From Octopus vulgaris (Eukaryota), in contig OX597816.1 of NCBI GenBank assembly GCA_951406725.2, positions 64,294,001-64,358,000 on the forward strand: a stretch of 64,000 nt of DNA. The letters run 5' to 3'. Of the stretch, positions 1 to 12,509 are shown piece by piece (position 1 is the stretch's first letter; each line of letters opens with the position of its first letter). The notes beneath the pieces are model-generated. The model had not been told where the DNA came from. It saw only the letters and a list, made by a program, of their open reading frames with translations, and searched no databases. A program made the translations under genes and the position numbers.

Positions 1-95
1 AGATGAAAGTCAAAGTGGACATCAGCGGAATTTGAACGCAGAACGTAAAAGACAGAAGGAAAGCTGCCAAGTAATTCGTCCTGCGCAGTAACAAT
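1..95 (-). mobile_element. SINE family A (tRNA-derived) partial copy
   Basis: Diverged match to the reverse complement of the family-A head (ggatgaaaggcaaagtcgacctcggcggaatttgaactcagaacgt); truncated by the window edge. Confidence 0.75.
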
Positions 96-216
96 TGTCA
101 GTTTACCGCCATTGCCATTTTACAAGTATTAAATCTTTATCTTCCATTGTCTTCACTTACGTTTGTTTCTGTCTCCCCTTTCTCTTTGTCACACCCACTC
201 CCTTACTCTCTCTTCC

Positions 217-256
<40 letters not shown>

Positions 257-570
257 TGTTATTTATTTATTCCTCTTTCGTCTTCTTACTCATTCATATG
301 TTTTCTAGTGATTCATATTCCGTAAATTCGTATTTATATTTTCATTTCGAATCGCTAATAAATTGAATGATAACAACACTTACAATGTGTCACGACAGCA
401 AATTCCATTCACAACGCAGACTCTATAACACTTCAAATATCTTTCTTTGATTTCGAACAGTAATTGAAGTGGTTCATATCCGGTGGTCTTTTATCGGAGA
501 CGATCTTAGCTCTATGGATTTTCTTTTCTCTTCGAAACTACGCAATCGTAACATTACTTTGAAAACAGCA

Positions 571-575
571 ATACA

Positions 576-671
<96 letters not shown>

Positions 672-747
672 CATACATATATATATATATATACATATAT
701 ATATACATATATATAAATACATATATATTTATACACATACATATATG

Positions 748-826
<79 letters not shown>
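571..826. repeat. Compound microsatellite (ATAC)n/(AT)n/(GT)n
   Basis: Seen directly; representative of dozens of similar tracts (e.g. 11290-11412, 20086-20202, 30860-31080, 38985-39182, 43580-43790, 49300-49460). Confidence 0.98.
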
Positions 827-1719
827 ATGTATACACTCTTCACATTACTTGATTAAAAAATCAACACAAGCAATTATCTTACACGCCTAACCTACTAACG
901 CATTGATAAATGATTACTTTATTACCTCAAGAAGATTATTTATTTTTAACACCTCTGTAAGTTATGTGAAACTATAATGTCATAATTAGGAGGAATTACT
1001 TTAAAATGACCCCTCATATGTTTTCCGGTCGAAGAAATGATTATCAATATATTTTAAATTAGCTTATTTCCCAATTTTAACTGTAATTTAAGAATGAATT
1101 TGTGTCGTGATGAAGTTTTCCTTTTCTGTGTAGCCACTTGTCCTAAACTGAGTGATCTTAATTAGGAGGAAGATAATAGAAAACAAGTCGAGATATTTAT
1201 TGTTCTAAATACAATAAAGCAGTGTGTAATTACGTTTTTCTTTAGCTTACCTATTTCCAAAATCATTAAGGAGAAAGGAATAAGCGCTTTGCAATCATAG
1301 AGTCCAAAGTATCTTTAACACTTAGCAAAATATATAATACGATCAATACGTATTAGTGACATAGGTTATACTCAAACTGCTATAAGCATCAATCTACTAT
1401 AACAAAGATGTTGTCATGTGCTTATAATGTAAACTTACAAACTTTCACCCCAAGCAAACCTAGTTTTTTTCATACATATTCCTAGGTAGATGAAGAGGAG
1501 GTAAATCGGATCGATTATAATCTTTATGTTGGGATCTCATCAGCAAACAAATATCTCAGTTGACGTCCTGCAGTGATAATTGTATGGCATCGATTTCTCG
1601 AAACTTATAATGTCTATATATTATTATGTGTGCATGTATATATAAATATATATATGCATGTTTGCACGTAGCTATGTATGTATATATACACACGTATGAA
1701 TGTATATCAACACCCCTGA

Positions 1720-1900
1720 CTCTCTTGCTCTGTCTATCCTTCTCTATACATCGGTCAAACTGGACGCCGCTTGGTTGAGCCTTTCGCGGAGCACCTCCGA
1801 GACATCAGACTCGGCAACGACAACCCGGTCCCGCGCCATTTCCGCTCTACCGGTCATTCTTTTCAACACCTCTCTGTGTTCGGATTGTCCTTGCACAGGG
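1720..1900 (+). pseudogene. Penelope-like element GIY-YIG endonuclease fragment
   Basis: Frame from 1720 reads LSCSVYPSLYIGQTGRRLVEPFAEHLRDIRLGNDNPVPRHFRSTGHS. YIGQT-R-L--RF-EH...V--HF is the PLE GIY-YIG signature. In-frame TGA at 1717-1719. Confidence 0.85.
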
Positions 1901-2349
1901 CCATCCAGACTCCCATCTTCGACGTGAACAGGGATGAATGTTCTCTCTTCGCTCCTTTGCGTCTGTCCATCTCTATACATAGATTTCTGGAAACTTTTAC
2001 TTTTCAGGATTATTGATTTGTTCAACATATACTAAATTGTGCAAATGTTAAAATAATTTTAGGAAATACAGTTACTTGTTCATTGTTACACTTCGTACAA
2101 GTTTAACACTGCACTGTGCAAAATACAAGCCTGTGCTAAGTATCAGTAAAATAGTCTGGAGGCCGCAGAAACCTGAAATTCCTGCTCGTAATTTAGTGCA
2201 GATTAAAGGTTCTGGACCTTCAGTGTTCGCAAAGTCCGTGTTGTACTAGTGTTACTTGAAAAGCTACTATGGATAAATAGTTTCCCAATGCTGACAAGTC
2301 GATATATCTTAGAAACACCTGATTCGATTAATAAATCACATGTTCGCTA

Positions 2350-2703
2350 AAGGCGGCGAGCTGGCCGAATCGTTAGCAAGCAAGGCAAAACGCTTAGCGG
2401 TGTTTCGACCGGCTTTTACTACTGAAATCAAGTCCTACGAGGTTGACTTTACCCTTTGTTGTGTGGACGCCCTCAGGCGATGAAGTAGGCTAGCCCAATA
2501 CGTAGATATAGAGGGAGAAACCTAGACGTCAAGAGTGTGGTAGAGAGTCGAACAGAGTTGAGTAGAGGTCATCCGAACGTGCGACATAACACCCTTTATC
2601 ATTTCTGGGTCAATAAAATAAGTACCAGTTGAGCACTGAAGTTGATGTAATCGGATTTTCCCCTTCACCGGAATTGCTAGCCTTGTTCCAAAATTTTAAA
2701 CAA
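2350..2703 (+). mobile_element. SINE family A, interrupted by a 135-bp insert
   Basis: Head aggcggcgagctggccgaatcgttagc; body resumes after the insert with ...gggtcaataaaataagtaccagtt...gccttgttccaaaatttt. Confidence 0.85.
2457..2591. mobile_element. Very short solo LTR-like insert (TG...CA, 5-bp TSD)
   Basis: Starts TGTTGTG and ends CATAACA (imperfect terminal IR); CCCTT duplicated at 2452-2456 and 2592-2596. Confidence 0.75.
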
Positions 2704-4887
2704 TGAATTATATGTTACTTCAGACTGTTGAAGTACCGTGGTAGGATGCATATTGTAATATATCTACAGACTTTTAGCCACGTTTGTGTATATTCCAACT
2801 AAATGTTTACATCTGTCTATGCACAACGGGCTTGGCTAGAACTCCATAAATTTGTTCTATAGTATATCATAGCATCGTTACAAAATCCTGTTAATGTGCT
2901 AGTAATTCAATAATTTATACGTCTGAGTATAAGTACTGAAGGAAACTATAACATTTGTGCAGAATATAATTATTTAAAAATACTGGACAGAGGAAACATA
3001 TGAGAAAATAATATTCAATTTGAAAACAGAAAACTCAATTTAAAGACGAATTATCACTTTTGAAAATGGAGACCAATGTATAATTTATTTTACGTATTGT
3101 TATTGAAAATTCTGGATATAGAGTTATTTAAATTTCCTGTGATTATATAGTGACGAAAACGTGAATACTATCTACGGATATCGTTTAAGTTGCATCAGTG
3201 AAGGTAATTATAGACAAAATAATTTCCTCAGGTGAAGATGATTTCAGTGAACAGCTAATTTAAGTTTTGTATTCTGTCAAGCACACAAATAACGCATTTC
3301 TCTTTCCGTCCACTCCCTCTATCTATCTACTCCTCTCTCTCTCTTTCTCTTTCTCTCTTTCTTAATGCCTCTCTCTCTCCTTTTTCTTTCTTTCGCTTCT
3401 GGTGTTATGTCTACGCTTAGGGAGATCGTAACGCACAATATCTAACTCTGATGTTAAGTGTTCGGCTTACGTAAGAAAACTACTCTAATAATTTCCAGTC
3501 ACCTCCTGGAATGGCTAACGGTTTAGTTTGCTAATCCTCTTACTTTATGGAGCTTACAGTCGAGGCGCAGTGTTCATTTAAGGTTTACGCACAGTGACTA
3601 TTTTACGTAACACCAGAGAATGTCCATATACCGATAGACATTTGTAACATCTTGGGATCAGTCATTTTCCTAGTTCTGTAGAGCCATGAGGGTATTTGCC
3701 GTTTCATCAGCAACTTTGAAACTTGATATCTACTAACACACCGTGTTAAAGGGACCTGTTGGGTAGTGATAACGAAAATGTTTTAGGGACATCGCTGCAT
3801 CAAACACTGGTACAAGCAGGACCTGATATTTCATAGGAGGCTGCTACCGGAGGCATGCGCTTCACTCAATACTTTCAGAAAGCTTCCTGCGCTAAGGAGC
3901 AGTTTTCTGATATGCAGCAAGATATTTTAGTCGCTGATGTGGCTTTGTATGAAACCAGCCGGCAGGGACGTCACTGATACCATCGAAACGAAGCAAAAGC
4001 CAAGCAAAATGGTTTTTACAACGAAACGAAAGCCAAACAAATGGTTGCCAGAAATTATAACGAAACTATACGTAGTAAAATACAAAGCCCTCAAATATTT
4101 TTATACGCCATTTTTAATGCAAAACTATAATGTTATTTAAGTACAATGAGAATGCAGAGAAAGATAAAAATGAACTCAAGTTACATATTGAAAGATATAG
4201 TCTTGTAAATTGTCTGCGTGTGCTTTGGTTAGTGTGTGAGTATACATCCATATATATACATACACACGTACACACAGAGTATGTAAAGTTAAGATCCATT
4301 GATCAAGATGTAGTAATTTAGTAAGTTTCGAACAGTCTGTAGAACGTATGAAAACAAGTTTCAGGAACAATAGTACTTTATTGGTGTAGAAGGTTTTTTA
4401 AATTTTCCAATATCGAAGTTCGGTAAGCAGAAAAAGTCATTTTATAGTTCACGGTTAGTAACTAGGGTCGCTGTGTATGCAACTAAAGATCCATATTTAG
4501 GGAAAGGGGCAGGTAAAATCCAGGTTATATAAGGTTATACAAATTTATATAAGGCCAAGCTAAAATAATAAAACAATTGTAAGCGTATATACTACAAAAG
4601 TATAATAAAATAATTAATATGAATACAAGAGAAAAACAATACGCTATGAATTTATGTTGCGAAATTCCAGATGTGAATTCGTGTTTTGAAACAAATATTG
4701 TTGTATTTCGGAACGGTCTGTTCTTTTTTTTGTATGCAAAATATACACGCGAACTATATATTCGTTCTTGAATAAACAGAACAAGAGCACATACGAAGAC
4801 GGAAAGTATCGCTGAAGAGGTCACAGATGTGTGTAGAAAGATTTCCAGAGAAACACACGAGTGAAGAACGGATATATAGTGTGTGTA

Positions 4888-5103
4888 AGGCGGCGTGCTG
4901 GCAGAAACGTTAGCACGCCGGGCAAAATGCTTAGCAGTATTTCGTCTGTCTTTATGCTCTGAGTTCACATTCCGCCGAGGTCGACTTTGCCTTTCATACT
5001 TTCAGGGTCGATAAATTAAGTACCAGTTGCGTACTGGTGTCGATCTAATTGACTGGCTGCCTCACTAAAAATTTCGCGCCTTGTGCCTAGAGTAGAAAAG
5101 AAT
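4888..5103 (+). mobile_element. SINE family A monomer
   Basis: A-box-like tggcagaaacgttag, B-box-like gagttcacattcc, core gcctttcatactttcagggtcgataaattaagtaccag, tail gccttgtgcctagagtagaaaagaat. Confidence 0.92.
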
Positions 5104-5527
5104 ATATAGCAAGTGTGTTTATTTGGCAAAAAGCAATTAAAAACTAAAAGTCACCATCCCGAAATACAACAGTAGAATACAGCATATACAACAGAAAAAA
5201 CCTTTCGGCTATCAAACATTATCAGTGAGGTAAACACAGACGTGACTGGTTTGGTCAAACCCAGGGCGAAAAAGAACGACACCGCCTTAGGTAGACACGG
5301 GTCACGTGGTAGTGGGAGGAAAGAGGAAGTATTTTAGAAGGCAGAGGGACTGAAGAAAAGGGGAAGAATAAGAGAGGGGGAAAGAGAGAAAGAGAGAGAG
5401 AGAAAAAGTAAAAGGGAGGCAAGGAAAGGAAAGAGTATAAGAGTCATTTTTGCAATTAAGTAAAGAAATACGGGTGCGTTGCATTATAAAGATATTTCAA
5501 GTTTTGAATAGGAAGAACATTAGAAAG

Positions 5528-5566
<39 letters not shown>

Positions 5567-5571
5567 TATAT

Positions 5572-5770
5572 TACTCTTTTACTTTTTTCAATCATTTGAC
5601 TGCGACCATGCTGGAGCACCGCCTTTAGTCGAGCAAATCGACCCCAGGACTTATTCTTTGTAAGCCTAGTACTTATTCTATTGGTCTCTTTTGCCGAACG
5701 CTACTTTACGGGGATGTAAACACACCAGCATCGGTTGTCGAGCGATGTTGGGGCGACAAACACAGACACA

Positions 5771-5842
<72 letters not shown>

Positions 5843-5994
5843 CACATATATACGACGGGCTTCTTTCAGTTTCCGTCTAACAAATCCACTCACAAGGCTT
5901 TGGTCGCCCCGAGGTTATAGTAGAAGACGCTTGCCGAACCCGGAACCATGTGGTTGGTAAGCAAGGTACTTACCGCACAGCCACTCCTGCGCCT
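5572..5994 (-). mobile_element. SINE family B (tRNA head, CORE-like domain, internal microsatellite)
   Basis: Reverse complement of aggcgcaggagtggctgtg...; internal (TA)n(TG)n; 3' ctccagcatggtcgcagtcaaatga and taaaagag tail. Confidence 0.92.
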
Positions 5995-6834
5995 ATATAC
6001 ATTTATAAATTGTATGTATATATATATATGTATATATTTATAACATGAATGAGATTAATCTATGGTACCATAACACTGACACCATCCGTAACCAGGGGTA
6101 TATTATATAAACATAACGATCATTCGACTCGTGTTTATCGTTGAATTTATTTCTTTTTTCTAATACTTTCACGCGTGTGTGAAGACTGTATTATTTCAAA
6201 AACATATCTCTAGAACTAATATACTTGTTAGACTTTGGTCATGTGTGCGATATTTTAAAATGTCTGCTCTCCGTATTTGTAATAATGTATCTATGTATGT
6301 ATGTATGTATATTAATTTGGCTTATTTTGTACGTATAACTGTTATTGTTTTGTCTTTGTTTTATTTTTTAATTTTTTTTTTTTATTTTTGTTCTATTTGA
6401 CATATGAGTCAATGTATGTCTTCAGTTAAAATCCATTGATAGAGAAGAATACAAATCGTTTCAGACATCCGACACATTGTATTTATTGATGACTTGTGCT
6501 TGCTATACCAAATATAATATTTAAGTTAATATAAGCATGAATTAAAATCTTGTACAGATGAATGCACGCAGGGCACCAGTACGTCTGCAATATATAATAG
6601 CGTAAGCTCTATACAATTGTATCTGTGGGTATTATTAGTGTATTAGAATTAGTTTTGATATCTTGATCATCAAAAGCTGGCTGGAGATGATTAATTATTT
6701 GTGGATCTTAGCCAGAAGGAAAATGTTGTAGCTATCAACTATTATGTATCGCTGATATAATGTTAAAAATATGCTCAAGAGATTTAGCTATTTTAGAGGT
6801 TCGCACTCTGTTGTAGATTTTCTTCTTATTTTTA

Positions 6835-6900
6835 TAGTAGTAGTAGTAGTAGTAGCAATAGTTGTGGTAGCAGCAGTAGTATTAGAAGTAGTAGTAGTAC

Positions 6901-6941
<41 letters not shown>

Positions 6942-7113
6942 ATGGTGGCAGCAACAGCAATAGTAGTGATAGTAGTAGTAGTAGTAATGGTGGCAGCAGC
7001 AGCAATATTAGTGATAGTAGTAGTAGCAGTAGTAATGGTGGCAGCAGCAGCAATAGTAGTGATAGTAGTAGTAGTAGTAATGGTGGCAGAATCAGCAATA
7101 GTAGTGATAGTAC

Positions 7114-7158
<45 letters not shown>

Positions 7159-7202
7159 CAGCAGCAGCAACAACAGTCTTAGTAGTTGTTGCAGTAGTAG
7201 TA
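6835..7202. repeat. (GTA)n/(GCA)n trinucleotide tract with about 45-48-bp higher-order units
   Basis: Unit gtaatggtggcagcarcagcaatagtagtgata(gta)n recurs four times between about 6939 and 7110. Confidence 0.92.
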
Positions 7203-7520
7203 CATTTTTCAGAAGACTAGATGTAGAAAAATGCCTGTCAAAGGATACGGCTGTCGATTTAATCGACATTAAGCTACGCTAAAAATTTGCGCAAATTGTG
7301 CCAATATAGGAAACGTCTATCAATATATGACGGAGATGGAAGCAACAGGATGACCGTTTGAGCATCAACGATTTTGCAGTTGAAAGAGGAGGCCGAAAAG
7401 ACCCGGTCAGCTAACTGGACAGTAAAAACAAAAACTAGAGTAACAATGAAATAACAAAGGCAAAACGAGTAAAACTGAGAAACAATCAACAACAACATCA
7501 GGATGAAGAATATTCTACAC

Positions 7521-8186
7521 CAATGCTTCTCAAACTATCTGATGTGATGTACTGGCGGTTTTTTTCCAGTGTGCCAGGTACCATTAATATTTCTTATTTT
7601 TAGGCGGCGAGCTGGCAGAAACGTTAGCACGCCGGGCGAAATGCTTAGCGGTATTTCGTCTGCCGTCACGTTGTTGAGTTCATATTCCGCCAAGGTCGAC
7701 TTTGCCTTTCATCCATCCGGGGTCGACAAATTAAGTACCAGTGACGCACTGGGATCGATGTAATTGACTTAATCCCTTTGTCTGTACTTGTTTGTCACCT
7801 CTATGTTTAGCCCCTTGTGGGTAATAAAGAAATAGGTATTTCGTCTGCCGCTACGTTCTGAGTTCAAATTCCGCCGAGGTCGACTTTGACTTTCATCCTT
7901 TCGGGGTCGATAAATTAAGTACCAGTTTCGCACTGGAATCGATGTAATCGACTTAATCCCTTTGTCCTTGTTTGTCCCCTCTATGTTTAGACCCTTGTGG
8001 GCAGTAAAGAAATAAATATTTCTTATTTTTATATCTTATATTTATTTTGCAAACAAATATTATAATATTACATACGCATTTTATAAGCATTTTATAATGT
8101 TTCTTTTCTGGAAATTCGCCGCGTACCGGCAGCTGATGACTCGTGGACCGGTATCGGTGTATCGGTCACGACTTTGAGTAGCGTTG
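7521..8186. mobile_element. hAT (Charlie-like) MITE interrupted by a SINE
   Basis: TIRs CAATGCTTCTCAAA ... TTTGAGTAGCGTTG; degenerate 8-bp flanks ttctacac / cttcacac. Confidence 0.7.
7603..8014 (+). mobile_element. SINE family A tandem dimer with TSD
   Basis: Full head plus body, then a second unit restarting at gtatttcgtctgcc (about 7837). TSD aatatttcttattttta at 7586-7602 and 8015-8031. Confidence 0.93.
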
Positions 8187-8226
8187 CTTCACACTATAAC
8201 AACTACTGTAATATCAAAATTTTTTT

Positions 8227-8643
8227 AGGCGTAGGAGTGGCTGTATGGTAAGTAGCTTGTTTACCAACTACATGGTTGCGGGTTCAGTCCCACTGCGTGA
8301 AATCTTGGGCAAGTGTCTTCTACTTTAGTCTCGGACAGACCAAAACCTTGTAAGTGGATTTAATAGACGAAAACTGAAAGAATACCATCGTATATATGTA
8401 TATGTATATATATGTGTGTATATGTTTGTGTGTCTGTGTTTGTCCCCCCCCCCCCCAACATCGCTTGACAACCGATGCTGGTGTGTTTACGTCTCCGTAA
8501 ATTAGCGGTTCGGCAAAAAGAGACCGATAGAATAAGTACTAGGCTTAGAAAGAATAAGTCCTGGGGTCGATTTGCTCGACTAAAGGTTGTGCTCCAGCAT
8601 GGCCATATTTAAATGACTGAAAGAAATAAAAGAGTAAAAGAGT
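8227..8643 (+). mobile_element. SINE family B full length
   Basis: aggcgtaggagtggctgtatggtaag...ggttcagtccc...cttgggcaagtgtcttc...(TA/TG)n...ctccagcatggcc...taaaagagtaaaagag. Confidence 0.93.
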
Positions 8644-10029
8644 TAATCACAGTAACAGTAGAAGGTACGAACAACCAAAAATCAACAGACACAACCTTTC
8701 ACTTCAATTTCTCTGTTCTTTTCTCTGAACAGTTTCTCTGAACAGCAGTAAATTATTCAAATTCTTCTCCATCCACATGTACGTATAGAGGAATATATAG
8801 CATATTCCTCTATACGTTTCTTGTACAGAAGTAATCATGCGTTTCTGCAAAAATGCCACAACTTGGATATTTTGACAACGCCTGAGTAACGCGCAAAGGC
8901 TTCCTAGAACATGAAATCGCAATCTCCGTGTTAATAATAGCTACAATAAGGTAGATTGGTTTTTGGTAGCTCTTCTTTTCCAGCTCTTTTGCTAAACAAC
9001 ATATTGCAATTAATGTGCATACACACATGTGATTTGAGACGGTCGAGAAAGCAGATGTTTGTTGAAAAATCTCTAGTCACTAATTTTAAATGTTGTAGCC
9101 ATCAGTGAGACGATAATTTGAACGACTCTTACTATCGTTCTCTGCGACTAGGACCTTTCTTCAAGCTCAGATCGCGTAAACTAACTGTTTCGGAAAACTT
9201 GTATCTCATTGTAAGCCCAATCTTCCAAGATGTGATACTGGATGAAAGTAGCTGTGAATATTGTGGTGGTCGCTTAAGCCTAGGCTAGGGATGAACGGCC
9301 AAATTTACGGAGATATTTAAAATTATATATAGGAACATCTTCATTCGTGGACGACAGACGTAAGAACTGAGTAGAAGTAACTAATAGGAGAATTATGCAA
9401 AAGCCCTCATACTTTTAGGATCGAGCATACCTCAATGGATAATAAAGAATATTCATTATATTTGCTAATGGAGTATAAGTTATCTATAATTTTGACTAAT
9501 ATGCTGCACTGACCATAATTTTCTTTTTAAATACATATTCAACTAAGGAAAGACAAATAGGCGTAGACAGGATTCTGAATACTGCATATGGCAAACCGTT
9601 TTCAGAAACGGAGCCAGATGTCGGCTTTGCTATCAACAAAAATCAACGAAAGTTACTAGTAGCAAAGCTGTAGCAATCGAGTACAGTAGATTATAAAAGA
9701 AATTACACAATCGGTTAGAAGTGGAAACTAGCATCGTATACAAAGATTAATGGCGGGAGTGGCCTTTTATAATTTCCTTGTAGTAAAATACGCATGATAG
9801 GATGCTTTTGATGGTAGGGAAAATGATCTAAAAAATATAAGATCGAGAAAATTGTTCGATAGATTAAAGTGCTAGAGATATAGTATAAAAAAATCTTCGG
9901 CCATAAAGGTGCAACAACTTGGCTGTGTTATAAGCAGAAGGGTGCATTTTTTCAGCAAAACATTGTGCAAATGTTGGCGAAATATTAAAAAGCAGGATGA
10001 TGATACAAGATCGACACCAAACCAGATAT

Positions 10030-10635
10030 AACAGAACATTTTTTATCGGGAACACCGGTCGACACAGAGATAAACACTTTGACAGGATGACTGCCAAAAG
10101 GCAAATAACAATGTAGATGGTTCCATGAAAACATTCAAAATACTCTGTAGATTTATCAGTTATCCAGGCAAATATCAGAATATTGGAACGATGAGCAATG
10201 TGTAGGAAAAATTAGCTTCTGAAATATCAAAATTACTCGCTAAACGCACAACACCAACAGTCAACACATTTGGCTTCTGTAATTATGGAACATGTATCAA
10301 ACTCACAGAGGGCGCATAAATTTAAATTTGATGATATTTTCACTGTGAACACGCACTTGTGTGCCATAGAAGTGATTTATGCTTTTAAATGTAAGGAATG
10401 TGACAACGATTACAGAGGACTAAAACACATCTAACCTCCAGGATCACACTCAATATTTATAGGCACCGATTACGATTTCCTAAAATCAGACAAAATTTGA
10501 AACTTTAGATATTTGTGAAACAAACCAAGTGCCGAGTATTCTCACCTTCCCACATTACATTTCTCCAGAGAATGCCAAGGATCAAAGTTATCGACTGAAA
10601 GAAAAAAGAGAAAATTGTTTATTAAGAAATACCAA
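10030..10635 (+). pseudogene. Degraded Penelope-like element 3' part (GIY-YIG region)
   Basis: 10372-10419 reads VIYAFKCKECDNDYRG (VIY-I-C--C---YIG motif), with a Cys-rich stretch upstream; many frameshifts, boundaries approximate. Confidence 0.6.
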
Positions 10636-10647
10636 TGACAGTAAAAT

Positions 10648-11066
10648 AGGCGCAGGAATGGCTGTGTGGTAAGTAGCTTGCTAACCAACCACATGGTTCC
10701 GGGTTCAGTCCCACTGCGTGGCATCTTGGGCAAGTGTCTTCTGCTATAGCCCCAGGCCGACCAATGCCTTGTGAGTGGATTTGGTAGACGGAAACTGAAA
10801 GAAGCCTGTCGTATATATGTATATATATATATATATGTGTGTGTGTTTGTGTGTCTGTTTGTCCCCCTAGCATCGCTTGACAACCGATGCTGGTGTGTTT
10901 ACGTCCCCGTCACTTAGCGGTTCGGCAAAAAAGAGACCGATAGTATAAGTACTGGGCTTACAAAGAATAAGTCCCGGGGTCGAGTTGCTCGATTAAAGGC
11001 GGTGCTCCAGCATGGCCGCAGTCAAATGACTGAAACAAGTAAAAGAGAAAGAGAAAGAGAAAGAGA
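10648..11066 (+). mobile_element. SINE family B full length
   Basis: Same architecture as 8227-8643; (gaaaga)n tail. Confidence 0.93.
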
Positions 11067-11292
11067 GACAACCAAAAAGCGAAAGAAAATATATAAAAGA
11101 CAGACGTTACAATCTGTGCCTCATAATCTCTCGGACAAATACATTCCGATGGCCTCATTAGTGATTGTGTATACGTATGATTGTGTATGCCGGTAGGTAA
11201 TCGGTAGGAAGGCATGTAGATGGGTACGTACGTACTTAAGTATGTATGCATCTGTGTATACATTCATACACACATATATATATGGATAAACA

Positions 11293-11414
<122 letters not shown>

Positions 11415-11680
11415 TGTATGTATGTTTGTATATTTTTATGTATATATCTATATATGCATATATAGATATATGGATATACTTATACGTACGAATGTGCTAC
11501 AGTTCACTGTATAGTTTTCCGCTCTCATGTTAATCGCTGTGTTTCTTTATCAATCGCCCGACGATTAATTTGCTCCATGCTGTCCATATAAGCTGCACCT
11601 ACCGGCTGCATTTGTAGTGAGACGTCGCATAATCACATACACACATATACACTCATATCTATATATATATATATATGTGA

Positions 11681-11712
<32 letters not shown>

Positions 11713-11734
11713 GTGTGTATGTGTGCGTATTATG

Positions 11735-11808
11735 GCATCGGGCTGACCAAAACCTTGTGAGTAAATTTGGTAGATGTGGTCTGCCGAAAGAAGCCCTCTG
11801 TATATGTT

Positions 11809-11858
<50 letters not shown>

Positions 11859-12078
11859 TGTACATTTCTGTCCGAGTTTGTACCCACCTCAATGCTTGAA
11901 AACCGGTGTTGGTGTTACTACGTCTTAGTAAAAATTGCGGTACGACAATAGCGAACGATAGTATAAGTACTAGAGTTTAAACAATAAGTCCTGATGTCGA
12001 TTTGTTTCTCTAAAACCTTCAAGGTGGTTCTCGAGCAGGGACGCAGTCAAATGACTGAAACAAGTAAAAGAATAAAAG
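11735..12078 (+). mobile_element. SINE family B, 5'-truncated and diverged
   Basis: gggctgaccaaaaccttgtgagtaaatttggtaga...(TG)n...gcagtcaaatgactgaaacaagtaaaag. Confidence 0.85.
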
Positions 12079-12101
12079 TATATCTTATATACATAGGTAT
12101 G

Positions 12102-12140
<39 letters not shown>

Positions 12141-12190
12141 ATATATATATACACACATACATATAAATATATATATATATATACACATAC

Positions 12191-12230
<40 letters not shown>

Positions 12231-12231
12231 T

Positions 12232-12509
12232 TTTTCTGGAAAAATCGTTCTCTACTTGTGATGATCTGTGTAAGGCAGCTCCAGTGAAAGGCTCGTGAAC
12301 AGCAGTGAGCACACTTCTCCATCATCAGGGCCCTTCGCAATGACATTCACAAGCGATGTGCCCTTTCACAGCGATGTGGTCTGTACTCCGTTGCTTTGAT
12401 TTCCACGGTCACTTTCTTCGGCCTTATCATTGCGTTCCATGACGGTATTTTACCACGTGTTGGCATGCAGAATATACTCCCTGAGTTATTCGTCATCTCC
12501 GGTGTTGAT
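12232..12509 (-). other. Candidate exon of an unidentified gene or ncRNA
   Basis: Apparently non-repetitive, GC-richer block. On the minus strand it is preceded by a pyrimidine tract and CAG (ttcttatttttattcttcaatcacag). No protein family recognised. Confidence 0.3.

Noticed and set aside
469-852. Long ORFs rich in YI/HT/CV/MYVC repeats (also 30761-31333, 38829-39369 and many others)
   Set aside because: These are translations of (TA)n, (CA)n and (TACA)n microsatellites, which lack stops in some frames.
3560-4050. GC-richer unique block as a possible exon
   Set aside because: The frames examined are interrupted by stops and no family motif was recognised.
6440-6800. FIDDLC RT-like motif (also FNRIWYRG at about 25700 minus, and an RTE-like stretch at 50500-51050)
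   Set aside because: Single short motifs without enough ordered context to define element boundaries.
6771-7269. 149-aa poly-Val and 145-aa poly-Leu 'membrane proteins'
   Set aside because: Trinucleotide repeat artefact.
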